Assembly: GCF_035084215.1 (NCBI RefSeq)
Contig: NC_090359.1
Location: 24,738,001-24,802,000, forward strand
Direction: 5' to 3'
Length of the DNA: 64,000 nt
Source of the DNA: Heptranchias perlo
Lineage: Eukaryota
Part shown: positions 24,487-37,574 of the stretch, one piece after another
How the letters are laid out: each line of letters begins with the position of its first letter
Position numbering within the stretch: the first letter of the stretch is position 1
Notes under the pieces: generated by a model
The model's database searches: none
Told to the model about the DNA's origin: nothing
What the model saw: the letters and a program-made list of their open reading frames with translations, nothing else
Translations under genes and position numbers: made by a program

Positions 24487-26140
24487 AATTCCTAGCTTCT
24501 TACCACTTAGAAAATACTCAAATCTATCTGTTAGCAGATTTTCCCATTACTGTCGCTACAAAAGGGTTGTTAATCCTTCAACAATAACTTCCGCGTGATA
24601 CAAGCTCAAGTGGTTATAAAGTAGCAAGCTTTAATAGATTGACTCACAACAATATTAAAATTATAATATCTTCAGATTACATTAAATGGCAAGCCATCGA
24701 TACAACCCAGTTTCCCACGAGTTCAGGATGATCAGACCTGACCTCCACGGATGGCAATGGACTTCCGACTGTCCCCTCTCGAGAGCTCTAACTTTTGGGA
24801 GGGCGCGTGCCTTATCTTTATACTATTCGGCTGCGTTGTTCTGCACGTAAGCATCTCTGTCCTTATCTCCCGGTTGTAAACCATCCCACTGTGCTGAGTC
24901 TGGCGAGAACTAAGGATGTCCATGCTATGAAAGGGCGACTACCATATCCCTTATCACTGCTCCATAAACAGTTTGTTCCACCTCAGCCTTGCTTGACACC
25001 TGTGACGTCTATTGTTTACATAGCCTTTCACTGTTATCAGTTGTACGTTTATACTATTCTGTACAAACTCTCTCTTGACTTTTACTTGTTTTTTTCACCA
25101 TTCTAATGTCTCTGAATTTTTTTAAATGACCCCTTGGGTTTCTGTAAGTTTTCTTTCTCGCAGAGATGCTGAACTTTGCCCCCCGCCCCCCACACTTTGA
25201 CATCCGCCCTCTTGCTAAGATGCTTGGTGCCATGCCAGACTGTATCCTTGTCTCTGCTTGTTTCAAACCGTATTCTTACACTATCTTTCTTAGGTCCAAA
25301 ATGGATGACCTCACACTTCCCCACATTGAACTCCATCTGCCACAGTTTTGCCCACTCACTTAATCTCTCAATGTCCCTTTGCGACTTTCTGCTCCCGTCT
25401 ACACTCCTGCGGAGGAGCGAAGGGATTTAGGGGTCCATGTACAGAAATCACTAAAAGCTAGTGGACAGGTACAAAAATTAATTAAAAAGGCTAATGGAAT
25501 GTTGGCCTCCATCTCAGGGGTCTGGAACATAAAGGGATGGAAGTTTTGCTACAGTTATATAAAGCTCTGGTTAGACCTCATCTGGAGATACTGCGTTCAG
25601 TTCTGGGCACCGCACCTCAGGAAGGATGTATTGGCCTTGGAGGGGGTGCAGCGCAGATTCAACAGGGGCTAAAAGGGTTAAATTATGAGGACAGGTCGCA
25701 TGGACTAGGTTTGTATTCCCTCGAGTGTAGAAGATTAAGGGGTGATCTAATTGAGGTGTTTAAGATGATTAAAGGATTTGATAGGGTAGATAGAGAGAAA
25801 CTATTTCCTCTGGTGGGGGGAGTCCAGAACAAGGGGGCAGTACCTTAAAATTAGAGCTCGGCCGTTCAGGGGTGATGTCAGGAAGCACTTCTTCACACAA
25901 AGGGGAGTGGGAATCTGGAACTCTCTCCCCCCACTACCCCCGACAAAAAAAACCTGTTGAGGTTGAGGGTCAATTGAAAATGTCAAAACCGAGATTGATA
26001 GATTTTTGTGAGGCAAGGGCATTAAAGGATATGGAAAAGGTGAGTAGGTGGAGTTAAGATACAGATCAGCCATGATCTAATTGAATGGTGGAACAGGTTC
26101 GAGGGGCTGAATGGCCTCCTCCTGCTCCTACATTCCTACC
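24487..26140 (+). mobile_element. CR1 with an inverted 5' segment (24487-24528 plus 25281-25409, minus) and a sense 3' segment (25410-26140)
   Basis: Minus part encodes MEFNVGKCEVIHFGPKKD; plus part continues RDLGVHVQKSLK..ANGMLA. Confidence 0.75.
24529..25280 (-). mobile_element. Solo LTR (752 bp)
   Basis: TG...CA termini; 5-bp TSD CTATC (24524-24528 and 25281-25285); minus-strand TATAAA (24817-24822) followed by ATTAAA (24630-24635). Interrupts a CR1 segment. Confidence 0.8.
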
Positions 26141-26971
26141 TGTTGGCAGGTTCCCTTTGAACCTTCCTCCTGACTGATTATGTTAAAACAGAGGAAAATC
26201 CCAGGTGGGAACCAATCATCACTGACACCAAACTGCCAGCCTAAAGGCTTGTCACTGTGAACAAAACTAAATTTTGATATTCTCGGTGTCAGAACTTCCT
26301 GTTTAAAACCTGCACAACCCACACAATTTCCTTCTGCAGAGGAATTTTGCTCTATTTATTTTTAAATGGTATGATGATTTAATTTAGCAATGCATCCTCT
26401 CTAATTACTGAGGCCCATAAGGTACAATTATGGTATCTGTTGTTCTGCAGAATGTCAGGCAACCATAAGGGGTGTGGCTCTAACCTGCTTGGAGACTGCC
26501 CGTCATCCTGGCCACGCCCACTCATTTGACAGACAGCCTTAGGGGATATCCATAAATGTCATCTTTTGGCAGTAGTGTACAAAGACTGGCCATTTGGTCA
26601 CCTCGCAGCTCCCCCACCTGCAAAAAAGACCTGAATATAAAATCTAACATTTAATCTTGCAGCAGTGATACAGTTACAGTAACATTAACCGTTCCCCTCC
26701 CCCTCGAAGACCCATGTGGAGGGAATGACAATCATGGACGCTCCCTTATTGGAACATCAAATTTAAAAGTGAGAGTGGAACTGTCACTCTTCCTTTACTT
26801 GAGTTGCAGCTACTCCATCAATTTTATGCTAGACAATTGCGGCCAGAAGATGAGTTCCCCATCACTATTTTTTCTCCGCATTCCATTACATTCAGGCAAT
26901 TTGAGCAGTGATTCAGGAGACCATAAGGGGCATCAGTGGCTGCAGAGAAGCCAAATCAAGGCTGTTTGGGC

Positions 26972-29900
26972 CTATTTGTTACATTGTTTCTATTTGTTAC
27001 ATTGTTTCTATTTATCACATTATCCCCTGTCAGTTACATTGTTTCTATTTGTTACATTGTTTCTATACATCACATTGTCCCCTGTCAGTTACATTGTTTC
27101 CATTTGTTACATTGTTTCCATTTGTTACATTGTTTCTATTTGTCACATTGTCCCCTGTCAGTTACATTGTTTCCATTTGTTACATTGTTTCTATTTGTTA
27201 CATTGTTTCTATTTATCACATTATCCCCTGTCAGTTACATTGTTTCCATTTGTTACATTGTTTCTATACATCACATTGTCCCGTCAGTTACATTGTTTCC
27301 ATTTGTTACATTGTTTCTATTTGTCACATTGTCCCCTGTCAGTTACATTGTTTCTATTTGTTACATTGTTTCTATTTGTTACATTATCCCCTGTCAGTTA
27401 CATTGTTTTAATTTGTTACATTGTCCCCTGTCAGTTACATTGTTTCTATTTGTTACATTGTCCCCTGTCAGTTACATTGTTTCTATTTGTTACATTGTCC
27501 CCTGTCAGTTACATTGATTCTGTTTGTTACATTGTTTCTATTTGTTACATTGTCCCCTGTCAGTTACATTGTTTCTATTTGTCACATTGTCCCCTGTCAG
27601 TTACATTGATTCTGTTTGTTACATTGTTTCTATTTGTCACATTGTCCCCTGTCAGTTACATTGTTTCTATTTGTCACATTGTCCTGTCAGTTACATTGTT
27701 TCTATTTGTTACATTGTTTCTATTTGTTACATTATCCCCTGTCAGTTACATTGTTTTAATTTGTTACATTGTCCCCTGTCAGTTACATTGTTTCTATTTG
27801 TTACATTGTCCCCTGTCAGTTACATTGTTTCTATTTGTTACATTGTCCCCTGTCAGTTACATTGATTCTGTTTGTTACATTGTTTCTATTTGTTACATTG
27901 TCCCCTGTCAGTTACATTGTTTCTATTTGTCACATTGTCCTGTCAGTTACATTGTTTCTATTTGTTACATTATCGCCTGTCAGTTACATTGTTTCTATTT
28001 GTTACATTGTCCCCTGTCAGTTACATTGTTTCTATTTGTTACATTGTCCCCTGTCAGTTACATTGTTTCAATTTGTTACATTGTCCCCTGTCAGTTACAT
28101 TGTTTCTATTTGTCACATTGTCCCCTGTCAGTTACATTGTTTCTATTTGTTACATTGTTTCTATTTGTCACATTGTCCCCTGTCAGTTACATTGCTGCTA
28201 TTTGTTACATTGTCCCCTGTCAGTTACATTGTTTCTATTTGTTACATTGTCCCCTGTCAGTTACATTGTTTCTATTTGTCACATTGTCCCCTGTCAGTTA
28301 CATTGTTTCCATTTGTTACATTGTTTCTATTTGTTACATTGTTTCTATTTATCACATTATCCCCTGTCAGTTACATTGTTTCCATTTGTTACATTGTTTC
28401 TATACATCACATTGTCCCGTCAGTTACATTGTTTCCATTTGTTACATTGTTTCTATTTGTCACATTGTCCCCTGTCAGTTACATTGTTTCTATTTGTTAC
28501 ATTGTTTCTATTTGTTACATTATCCCCTGTCAGTTACATTGTTTTAATTTGTTACATTGTCCCCTGTCAGTTACATTGTTTCTATTTGTTACATTGTCCC
28601 CTGTCAGTTACATTGTTTCTATTTGTCACATTGTCCCCTGTCAGTTACATTGATTCTGTTTGTTACATTGTTTCTATTTGTCACATTGTCCCCTGTCAGT
28701 TACATTGTTTCTATTTGTCACATTGTCCTGTCAGTTACATTGTTTCTATTTGTTACATTGTTTCTATTTGTTACATTATCCCCTGTCAGTTACATTGTTT
28801 TAATTTGTTACATTGTCCCCTGTCAGTTACATTGTTTCTATTTGTTACATTGTCCCCTGTCAGTTACATTGTTTCTATTTGTTACATTGTCCCCTGTCAG
28901 TTACATTGATTCTGTTTGTTACATTGTTTCTATTTGTTACATTGTCCCCTGTCAGTTACATTGTTTCTATTTGTCACATTGTCCTGTCAGTTACATTGTT
29001 TCTATTTGTTACATTATCGCCTGTCAGTTACATTGTTTCTATTTGTTACATTGTCCCCTGTCAGTTACATTGTTTCTATTTGTTACATTGTCCCCTGTCA
29101 GTTACATTGTTTCAATTTGTTACATTGTCCCCTGTCAGTTACATTGTTTCTATTTGTCACATTGTCCCCTGTCAGTTACATTGTTTCTATTTGTTACATT
29201 GTTTCTATTTGTCACATTGTCCCCTGTCAGTTACATTGCTGCTATTTGTTACATTGTCCCCTGTCAGTTACATTGTTTCTATTTGTTACATTGTCCCCTG
29301 TCAGTTACATTGTTTCTATTTGTCACATTGTCCCCTGTCAGTTACATTGTTTCCATTTGTTACATTGTTTCTATTTGTTACATTGTTTCTATTTATCACA
29401 TTATCCCCTGTCAGTTACATTGTTTCCATTTGTTACATTGTTTCTATACATCACATTGTCCCGTCAGTTACATTGTTTCCATTTGTTACATTGTTTCTAT
29501 TTGTCACATTGTCCCCTGTCAGTTACATTGTTTCTATTTGTTACATTGTTTCTATTTGTTACATTATCCCCTGTCAGTTACATTGTTTTAATTTGTTACA
29601 TTGTCCCCTGTCAGTTACATTGTTTCTATTTGTTACATTGTCCCCTGTCAGTTACATTGTTTCTATTTGTTACATTGTCCCCTGTCAGTTACATTGATTC
29701 TGTTTGTTACATTGTTTCTATTTGTTACATTGTCCCCTGTCAGTTACATTGTTTCTATTTGTCACATTGTCCCCTGTCAGTTACATTGATTCTGTTTGTT
29801 ACATTGTTTCTATTTGTCACATTGTCCCCTGTCAGTTACATTGTTTCTATTTGTCACATTGTCCTGTCAGTTACATTGTTTCTATTTGTTACATTGTTTC

Positions 29901-32900
29901 TATTTGTTACATTATCCCCTGTCAGTTACATTGTTTTAATTTGTTACATTGTCCCCTGTCAGTTACATTGTTTCTATTTGTTACATTGTCCCCTGTCAGT
30001 TACATTGTTTCTATTTGTTACATTGTCCCCTGTCAGTTACATTGATTCTGTTTGTTACATTGTTTCTATTTGTTACATTGTCCCCTGTCAGTTACATTGT
30101 TTCTATTTGTCACATTGTCCTGTCAGTTACATTGTTTCTATTTGTTACATTATCGCCTGTCAGTTACATTGTTTCTATTTGTTACATTGTCCCCTGTCAG
30201 TTACATTGTTTCTATTTGTTACATTGTCCCCTGTCAGTTACATTGTTTCAATTTGTTACATTGTCCCCTGTCAGTTACATTGTTTCTATTTGTCACATTG
30301 TCCCCTGTCAGTTACATTGTTTCTATTTGTTACATTGTTTCTATTTGTCACATTGTCCCCTGTCAGTTACATTGCTGCTATTTGTTACATTGTCCCCTGT
30401 CAGTTACATTGTTTCTATTTGTTACATTGTCCCCTGTCAGTTACATTGTTTCTATTTGTCACATTGTCCTGTCAGTTACATTGTTTCTATTTGTTACATT
30501 GTCCCCTGTCAGTTACATTGTTTCTATTTGTTACATTGTTTCTATTTGTTACACTGTCCCCTGTCAGTTACATTGTTTCTATTTGTCACATTGTCCTGTC
30601 AGTTACATTGTTTCTATTTGTTACATTGTCCCCTGTCAGTTACATTGTTTCTATTTGTTACATTGTCCCCTGTCAGTTACATTGTTTCTATTTGTCACAT
30701 TGTCCTGTCAGTTACATTGTTTCTATTTGTTACATTGTCCCCTGTCAGTTACATTGTTTCTATTTGTTACATTGTCCCCTGTCAGTTACATTGTTTCTAT
30801 TTGTCACATTGTCCTGTCAGTTACATTGTTTCTATTTGTTACATTGTCCCCTGTCAGTTACATTGTTTCTATTTGTTACATTGTCCCCTGTCAGTTACAT
30901 TGTTTCTATTTGTTACATTGTTTCTATTTGTTACATTATCGCCTGTCAGTTACATTGTTCTATTTGTCACATTGTCCCCTGTCAGTTACATTGTTTCTAT
31001 TTGTTACATTGTTTCTATTTGTCACATTGTCCTGTCAGTTACATTGTTTCTATTTGTTACATTGTCCCCTGTCAGTTACATTGATTCTGTTTGTTACATT
31101 GTTTCTATTTGTCACATTGTCCCCTGTCAGTTACATTGTTTCTATGTGTTACATTGTTTCTATTTGTCACATTGTCCCCTGTCAGTTACATTGTTTCTAT
31201 TTGTCACATTGTCCCCTGTCAGTTACATTGTTTCTATTTGTCACATTGTCCCCTGTCAGTTACATTGTTTCTATTTGTCACATTGTCCCCTGTCAGTTAC
31301 ATTGTTTCTATTTGTTACATTGTCCCCTGTCAGTTACATTATTTCTATTTGTTACATTGTTTCTATTTGTCACATTGTCCCCTGTCAGTTACATTGTTTC
31401 TATTTGTCACATTGTCCCCTGTCAGTTACATTGTTTCTATTTGTCACATTGTCCCCTGTCAGTTACATTGTTTCTATTTGTCACATTGTCCCCTGTCAGT
31501 TACATTGTTTCTATTTGTTACATTGTCCCCTGTCAGTTACATTGTTTCTATTTGTTACATTGTCCCCTGTCAGTTACATTGTTTCTATTTGTCACATTGT
31601 CCTGTCAGTTACATTGTTTCTATTTGTTACATTGTCCCCTGTCAGTTACATTGTTTCTATTTGTCACATTGTCCTGTCAGTTACATTGTTTCTATTTGTC
31701 ACATTGTCCCCTGTCAGTTACATTGTTTCTATTTGTCACATTGTCCCCTGTCAGTTACATTGTTTCTATTTGTCACATTGTCCCCTGTCAGTTACATTGT
31801 TTCTATTTGTTACATTGTCCCCTGTCAGTTACATTGTTTCTATTTGTTACATTGTCCCCTGTCAGTTACATTGTTTCTATTTGTCACATTGTCCTGTCAG
31901 TTACATTGTTTCTATTTGTCACATTGTCCCCTGTCAGTTACATTGTTTCTATTTGTTACATTGTCCTGTCAGTTACATTGTTTCTATTTGTTACATTGTC
32001 CCCTGTCAGTTACATTGTTTCTATTTGTTACATTGTCCCCTGTCAGTTACATTGTTTCTATTTGTTACATTGTCCCCTGTCAGTTACATTGTTTCTATTT
32101 GTTACATTGTCCCCTGTCAGTTACATTGTTTCTATTTGTTACATTGTCCCCTGTCAGTTACATTGTTTCTATTTGTTACATTGTCCCCTGTCAGTTACAT
32201 TGTTTCTATTTGTTACATTGTCCCCTGTCAGTTACATTGTTTCTATTTGTTACATTGTTTCTATTTGTTACACTGTCCCCTGTCAGTTACATTGTTTCTA
32301 TTTGTCACATTGTCCCCTGTCAGTTACATTGTTTCTATTTGTTACATTGTCCCCTGTCAGTTACATTGTTTCTATTTGTTACATTGTCCCCTGTCAGTTA
32401 CATTGTTTCTATTTGTTACATTGTCCCCTGTCAGTCACATTGTTTCTATTTGTTACATTGTTTCTATTTGTTACACTCTCCCCTGTCAGTTACATTGTTT
32501 CTATTTGTCACATTGTCCCCTGTCAGTTACATTGTTTCTATTTGTTACATTGTCCCCTGTCAGTTACATTGTTTCTATTTGTTACATTGTCCCCTGTCAG
32601 TTACATTGTTTCTATTTGTTACATTGTCCCCTGTGAGTTACATTGTTTCTATTTGTTACATTGTTTCTATTTGTTACACTGTCCCCTGTCAGTTACATTG
32701 TTTCTATTTGTCACATTGTCCCCTGTCAGTTACATTGTTTCTATTTGTTACATTGTTTCTATTTGTTACATTGTTTCTATTTGTCACATTGTCCCCTGTC
32801 AGTTACATTGTTTCTATTTGTTACATTGTCCCCTGTCAGTTACATTGTTTCTATTTGTTACATTGTCCCCTGTCAGTTACATTGTTTCTATTTGTTACAT

Positions 32901-35390
32901 TGTCCCCTGTCAGTTACATTGTTTCTATTTGTTACATTGTTTCTATTTGTTACACTGTCCCCTGTCAGTTACATTGTTTCTATTTGTCACATTGTCCCCT
33001 GTCAGTTACATTGTTTCTATTTGTTACATTGTTTCTATTTGTTACATTGTTTCTATTTGTTACATTGTTTCTATTTGTTACACTGTCCCCTGTCAGTTAC
33101 ATTGTTTCTATTTGTTACATTGTCCCCTGTCAGTTACATTGTTTCTATTTGTTACATTGTCCCCTGTCAGTTACATTGTTTCTATTTGTTACATTGTTTC
33201 TATTTGTTACATTGTTTCTATTTGTTACATTGTTTCTATTTGTTACATTGTTTCTATTTGTCACATTGTCCCCTGTCAGTTACATTGTTTCTATTTGTTA
33301 CATTGTTTCTATTTGTTACATTGTTTCTATTTGTTACATTGTTTCTATTTGTCACATTGTCCCCTGTCAGTTACATTGTTTCTATTTGTTACATTGTCCC
33401 CTGTCAGTTACATTGTTTCTATTTGTTACATTGTCCCCTGTCAGTTACATTGTTTCTATTTGTTACATTGTCCCCTGTCAGTTACATTGTTTCTATTTGT
33501 TACATTGTTTCTATTTGTTACACTGTCCCCTGTCAGTTACATTGTTTCTATTTGTCACATTGTCCCCTGTCAGTTACATTGTTTCTATTTGTTACATTGT
33601 TTCTATTTGTTACATTGTTTCTATTTGTTACACTGTCCCCTGTCAGTTACATTGTTTCTATTTGTTACATTGTCCCCTGTCAGTTACATTGTTTCTATTT
33701 GTTACACTGTCCCCTGTCAGTTACATTGTTTCTATTTGTTACACTGTCCCCTGTCAGTTACACTGTTTCTATTTGTTACATTGTCCCCTGTCAGTTACAT
33801 TGTTTCTATTTGTTACATTGTCCCCTGTCAGTTACATTGTTTCTATTTGTTACATTGTTTCTATTTGTTACACTGTCCCCTGTCAGTTACATTGTTTCTA
33901 TTTGTCACATTGTCCCCTGTCAGTTACATTGTTTCTATTTGTTACATTGTTTCTATTTGTTACATTGTTTCTATTTGTTACACTGTCCCCTGTCAGTTAC
34001 ATTGTTTCTATTTGTTACATTGTCCCCTGTCAGTTACATTGTTTCTATTTGTTACACTGTCCCCTGTCAGTTACATTGTTTCTATTTGTTACATTGTCCC
34101 CTGTCAGTTACATTGTTTCTATTTGTTACATTGTCCCCTGTCAGTTACATTGTTTCTATTTGTTACATTGTCCCCTGTCAGTTACATTGTTTTTATTTGT
34201 TACATTGTCCCCTGTCAGTTACATTGTTTCTATTTGTTACACTGTCCCCTGTCAGTTACATTGTTTCTATTTGTTACATTGTCCCCTGTCAGTTACATTG
34301 TTTCTATTTGTTACATTGTCCCCTGTCAGTTACATTGTTTCTATTTGTTACATTGTCCCCTGTCAGTTACATTGTTTCTATTTGTTACATTGTCCCCTGT
34401 CAGTTACATTGTTTCTATTTGTTACATTGTCCCCTGTCAGTTACATTGTTTCTATTTGTTACATTGTTTCTATTTGTTACACTGTCCCTTGTCAGTTACA
34501 TTGTTTCTATTTGTCACATTGTCCCCTGTCAGTTACATTGTTTCTATTTGTTACATTGTCCCCTGTCAGTTACATTGTTTCTATTTGTTACATTGTCCCC
34601 TGTCAGTTACATTGTTTCTATTTGTTACATTGTCCCCTGTCAGTTACATTGTTTGTATTTGTTACACTGTCCCCTGTCAGTTACATTGTTTCTATTTGTT
34701 ACATTGTCCCCTGTCAGTTACATTGTTTCTATTTGTTACATTGTCCCCTGTCAGTTACATTGTTTCTATTTGTTACATTGTCCCCTGTCAGTTACATTGT
34801 TTCTATTTGTTACATTGTCCCCTGTCAGTTACATTGTTTCTATTTGTTACATTGTTTCTATTTGTTACATTGTTTCTATTTGTTACACTGTCCCCTGTCA
34901 GTTACATTGTTTCTATTTGTCACATTGTCCCCTGTCAGTTACATTGTTTCTATTTGTTACATTGTCCCCTGTCAGTTACATTGTTTCTATTTGTTACATT
35001 GTCCCCTGTCAGTTACATTGTTTCTATTTGTTACATTGTTTCTATTTGTTACATTGTTTCTATTTGTTACACTGTCCCCTGTCAGTTACATTGTTTCTAT
35101 TTGTCACATTGTCCCCTGTCAGTTACATTGTTTCTATTTGTTACATTGTCCCCTGTCAGTTACATTGTTTCTATTTGTTACATTGTCCCCTGTCAGTTAC
35201 ATTGTTTCTATTTGTTACATTGTTTCTATTTGTTACACTGTCCCCTGTCAGTTACATTGTTTCTATTTGTCACATTGTCCCCTGTCAGTTACATTGTTTC
35301 TATTTGTCACATTGTCCCCTGTCAGTTACATTGTTTCTATTTGTTACATTGTTTCTATTTGTTACATTGTTTCTATTTGTTACATTGTCC
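26972..35390 (+). repeat. 8.4-kb satellite of 18-bp (GTTACATTGTTTCTATTT) and 19-bp (GTTACATTGTCCCCTGTCA) monomers, mostly as a 37-bp dimer
   Basis: Directly visible tandem array; about 450 monomers, estimated from length. Confidence 0.98.
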
Positions 35391-35626
35391 ACTTGTTGTT
35401 TTCCCCTTTCTCTCCCTCTCATTCGCCGTCCCACTCCTTCCGGCGCTGTTGCGGGATCCGCTCCTCGGTTGCTCTCTGCTGCCGCCTCATTCTGTCTTCT
35501 TGTCGGTCTCTGTGCTGAGCAGGAAGCCTGTGTGGTCCGAGAGCCGAGAGCCGAGAGCCGAGCCGCCGGGTTAAAGCCTTGAGCCACATTTCGGCACAGA
35601 GAAAACCAACGCTCCCTGTCCCCGCC

Positions 35627-35711
35627 ATGGGCACCTACGGACCGGCTAACGAGAAACTCCGCAACCTGGAGGAGATCGAGAAGGAGATCGCGACCATCCT
35701 TCAGAGCGCAG
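35627..35711 (+). CDS. MED11: Mediator subunit 11, coding exon 1 (MGTYGPANEKLRNLEEIEKEIATILQSA)
   Basis: GCCATGG Kozak; similar to human [29 protein letters not shown]; 85 nt, G|GT donor. Confidence 0.93.
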
Positions 35712-36300
35712 GTGGGAGGGAGAGTGAGTGGGAGGAAAGAGAGAGGGGGCAGAGAGAGAGAGAACAAAGAGATGAGAGAAAGGAGAGAGGGATGAGAGGG
35801 GGAAGAGAGAGGGAAAGGAGAGAGGGATGAGAGGGGCAAGAGAGAGGGAAAGGAGAGAGGGAAGAGAGAGGGAAAGGAGAGAGGGAAGAGAGGGGGAACA
35901 GAGAGAGAGAAAGGAGAGGGGAACAGAGAGGGAAAGGAGAGAGGGATGAGAGGGGGAAGAGAGAGAAAGGAGGGAGAGAGGGATGAGAGGGGGAACAGAG
36001 AGGAGAGGGATGAGAGGGGGAACAGAGAGGAGAGGGATGAGAGGGGGAACAGAGAGGGAAAGGAGAGAGGGATGAGAGGGAAAGGAGAGAGAGAGGGAGG
36101 GAAAGGAAAGAGAGAGAGAAAGGATAGAGGGATGAGAGAGGGAGAGAGAGAAAGAGGGAAAGGAAAGAGAGGGAGAAAGGAGAGAGAGAGAGAGAAGGGA
36201 TGAGAGGGAGGGAAAGGAGAGAGGGAGGGAAAAAGAAAGGAGAGAGGGATGGGAGGGGGAACAGAGAGGAGAGAGAAGGGAGAGAGGGAGATGGGGAAGG
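35712..36300 (+). repeat. GA-rich polypurine tract in MED11 intron 1
   Basis: Almost only A and G on the + strand. Confidence 0.9.
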
Positions 36301-36499
36301 GGTGGGGTTCGTGTCAGGGGGCAGTTTGCTGCCCGGCGGGTGGGGTAATTCCCCCTGTTTAATGCACGGTTACATTTTACCGATGGGATTCCCACCACCA
36401 TCCGTCCCCGCCCCCAACGAGACCCCCCCCCACCAAAAAAGTGTTTTTGTGTCTGCAACCAGGCTGAGAATTAGCAAATGGTGTCCAACAGAGATGGTC

Positions 36500-37510
36500 A
36501 GCTCAAGGGGGCACGGGGCGGCGATGGGGTCAAGGGGGCACAGGGCGGCGATGGGGTCAAGGGGGCACGGGGCGGCATCGGGGTCAAGGGGGCACGGGGC
36601 GGCGTCGGGGTCAAGGGGGCACGGGGCGGCGTCGGGATTAAGGGGGCACGGGGCGGCGTCGGGGTCAAGGGGGCGCGGGGTCAAGGGGGCACGGGGCGGC
36701 GTCGGGGTCAAGGGGGCACGGGGCGGCGTCGGGGTCAAGGGGGCACGGGGCGGCGTCGGGGTCAAGGGGGCACGGGACGGCGTCGGGGTCAAGGGGGCAC
36801 GGGGGGGGTGTCGGGGTCAAGGGGGCACGGGACGGCGTCGGGGTCAAGGGGGCACGGGGCGTCGGGGTCAAGGGGGCACGGGGCGTCGACGGGGGCACGG
36901 GGCATCAACGGGGTCAAGGGGGCACGGGGCGGCGATGTTGGGGTCAAGGGGGCACGGGGCGGCATCGGGGTCAAGGGGGCACGGGGCGGCATCGGGGTCA
37001 AGGGGGCACGGGGCGGCGTCGGGATTAAGGGGGCACGGGGCGGCGTCGGGGTCAAGGGGGCGCGGGGTCAAGGGGGCACGGGGCGGCGTCGGGGTCAAGG
37101 GGGCACGGGGCGGCGTCGGGGTCAATGGGGCACGGGGCGGCGTCGGGGTCAAGGGGGCACGGGGCGGCGTCGGGGTCAAGGGGGCACGGGGCGGCGTCGG
37201 GGTCAAGGGGGCATGGGGCGTCGGGGTCAAGGGGGCACGGGGGGGTGTCGGGGTCAAGGGGGCACGGGACGGCGTCGGGGTCAAGGGGGCACGGGGCGTC
37301 GGGGTCAAGGGGGCACGGGGCGTCGACGGGGGCACGGGGCATCAACGGGGTCAAGGGGGCACGGGGCGGCGATGTTGGGGTCATGGGGGCACGGGGCGGC
37401 GATGTTGGGGTCAAGGGGGCACGGGGCGGCGATGTTGGGGGCACGGGGCGTCAACGGGGGCACGGGGCATCGACGGGGTCAGGGGGCACGGGGCGGCGGC
37501 GGGGTCAAAG
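36500..37510 (+). repeat. 27-bp G-rich minisatellite (GGGGTCAAGGGGGCACGGGGCGGCGTC) in MED11 intron 1
   Basis: Tandem copies; 9-aa period in the spurious ORFs. Confidence 0.92.
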
Positions 37511-37574
37511 GTTGACCTGTTTTGGAGAAGGTTCCTCACTCTCTAACCCGTTCTTTCCGCTCTTGGTTGCTCAG

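Noticed and set aside
26769-35582. Very long ORFs (up to 1840 aa) in all three + frames
   Set aside because: These are stop-free satellite units read in rotating frames; the same peptides appear in every frame.
36200-37546. Collagen/elastin-like Gly-rich ORFs (also ORFs at 10852-11717, 15221-16447, 42999-43589 and 52608-54095)
   Set aside because: Translations of minisatellites, intronic or intergenic and open in several frames.
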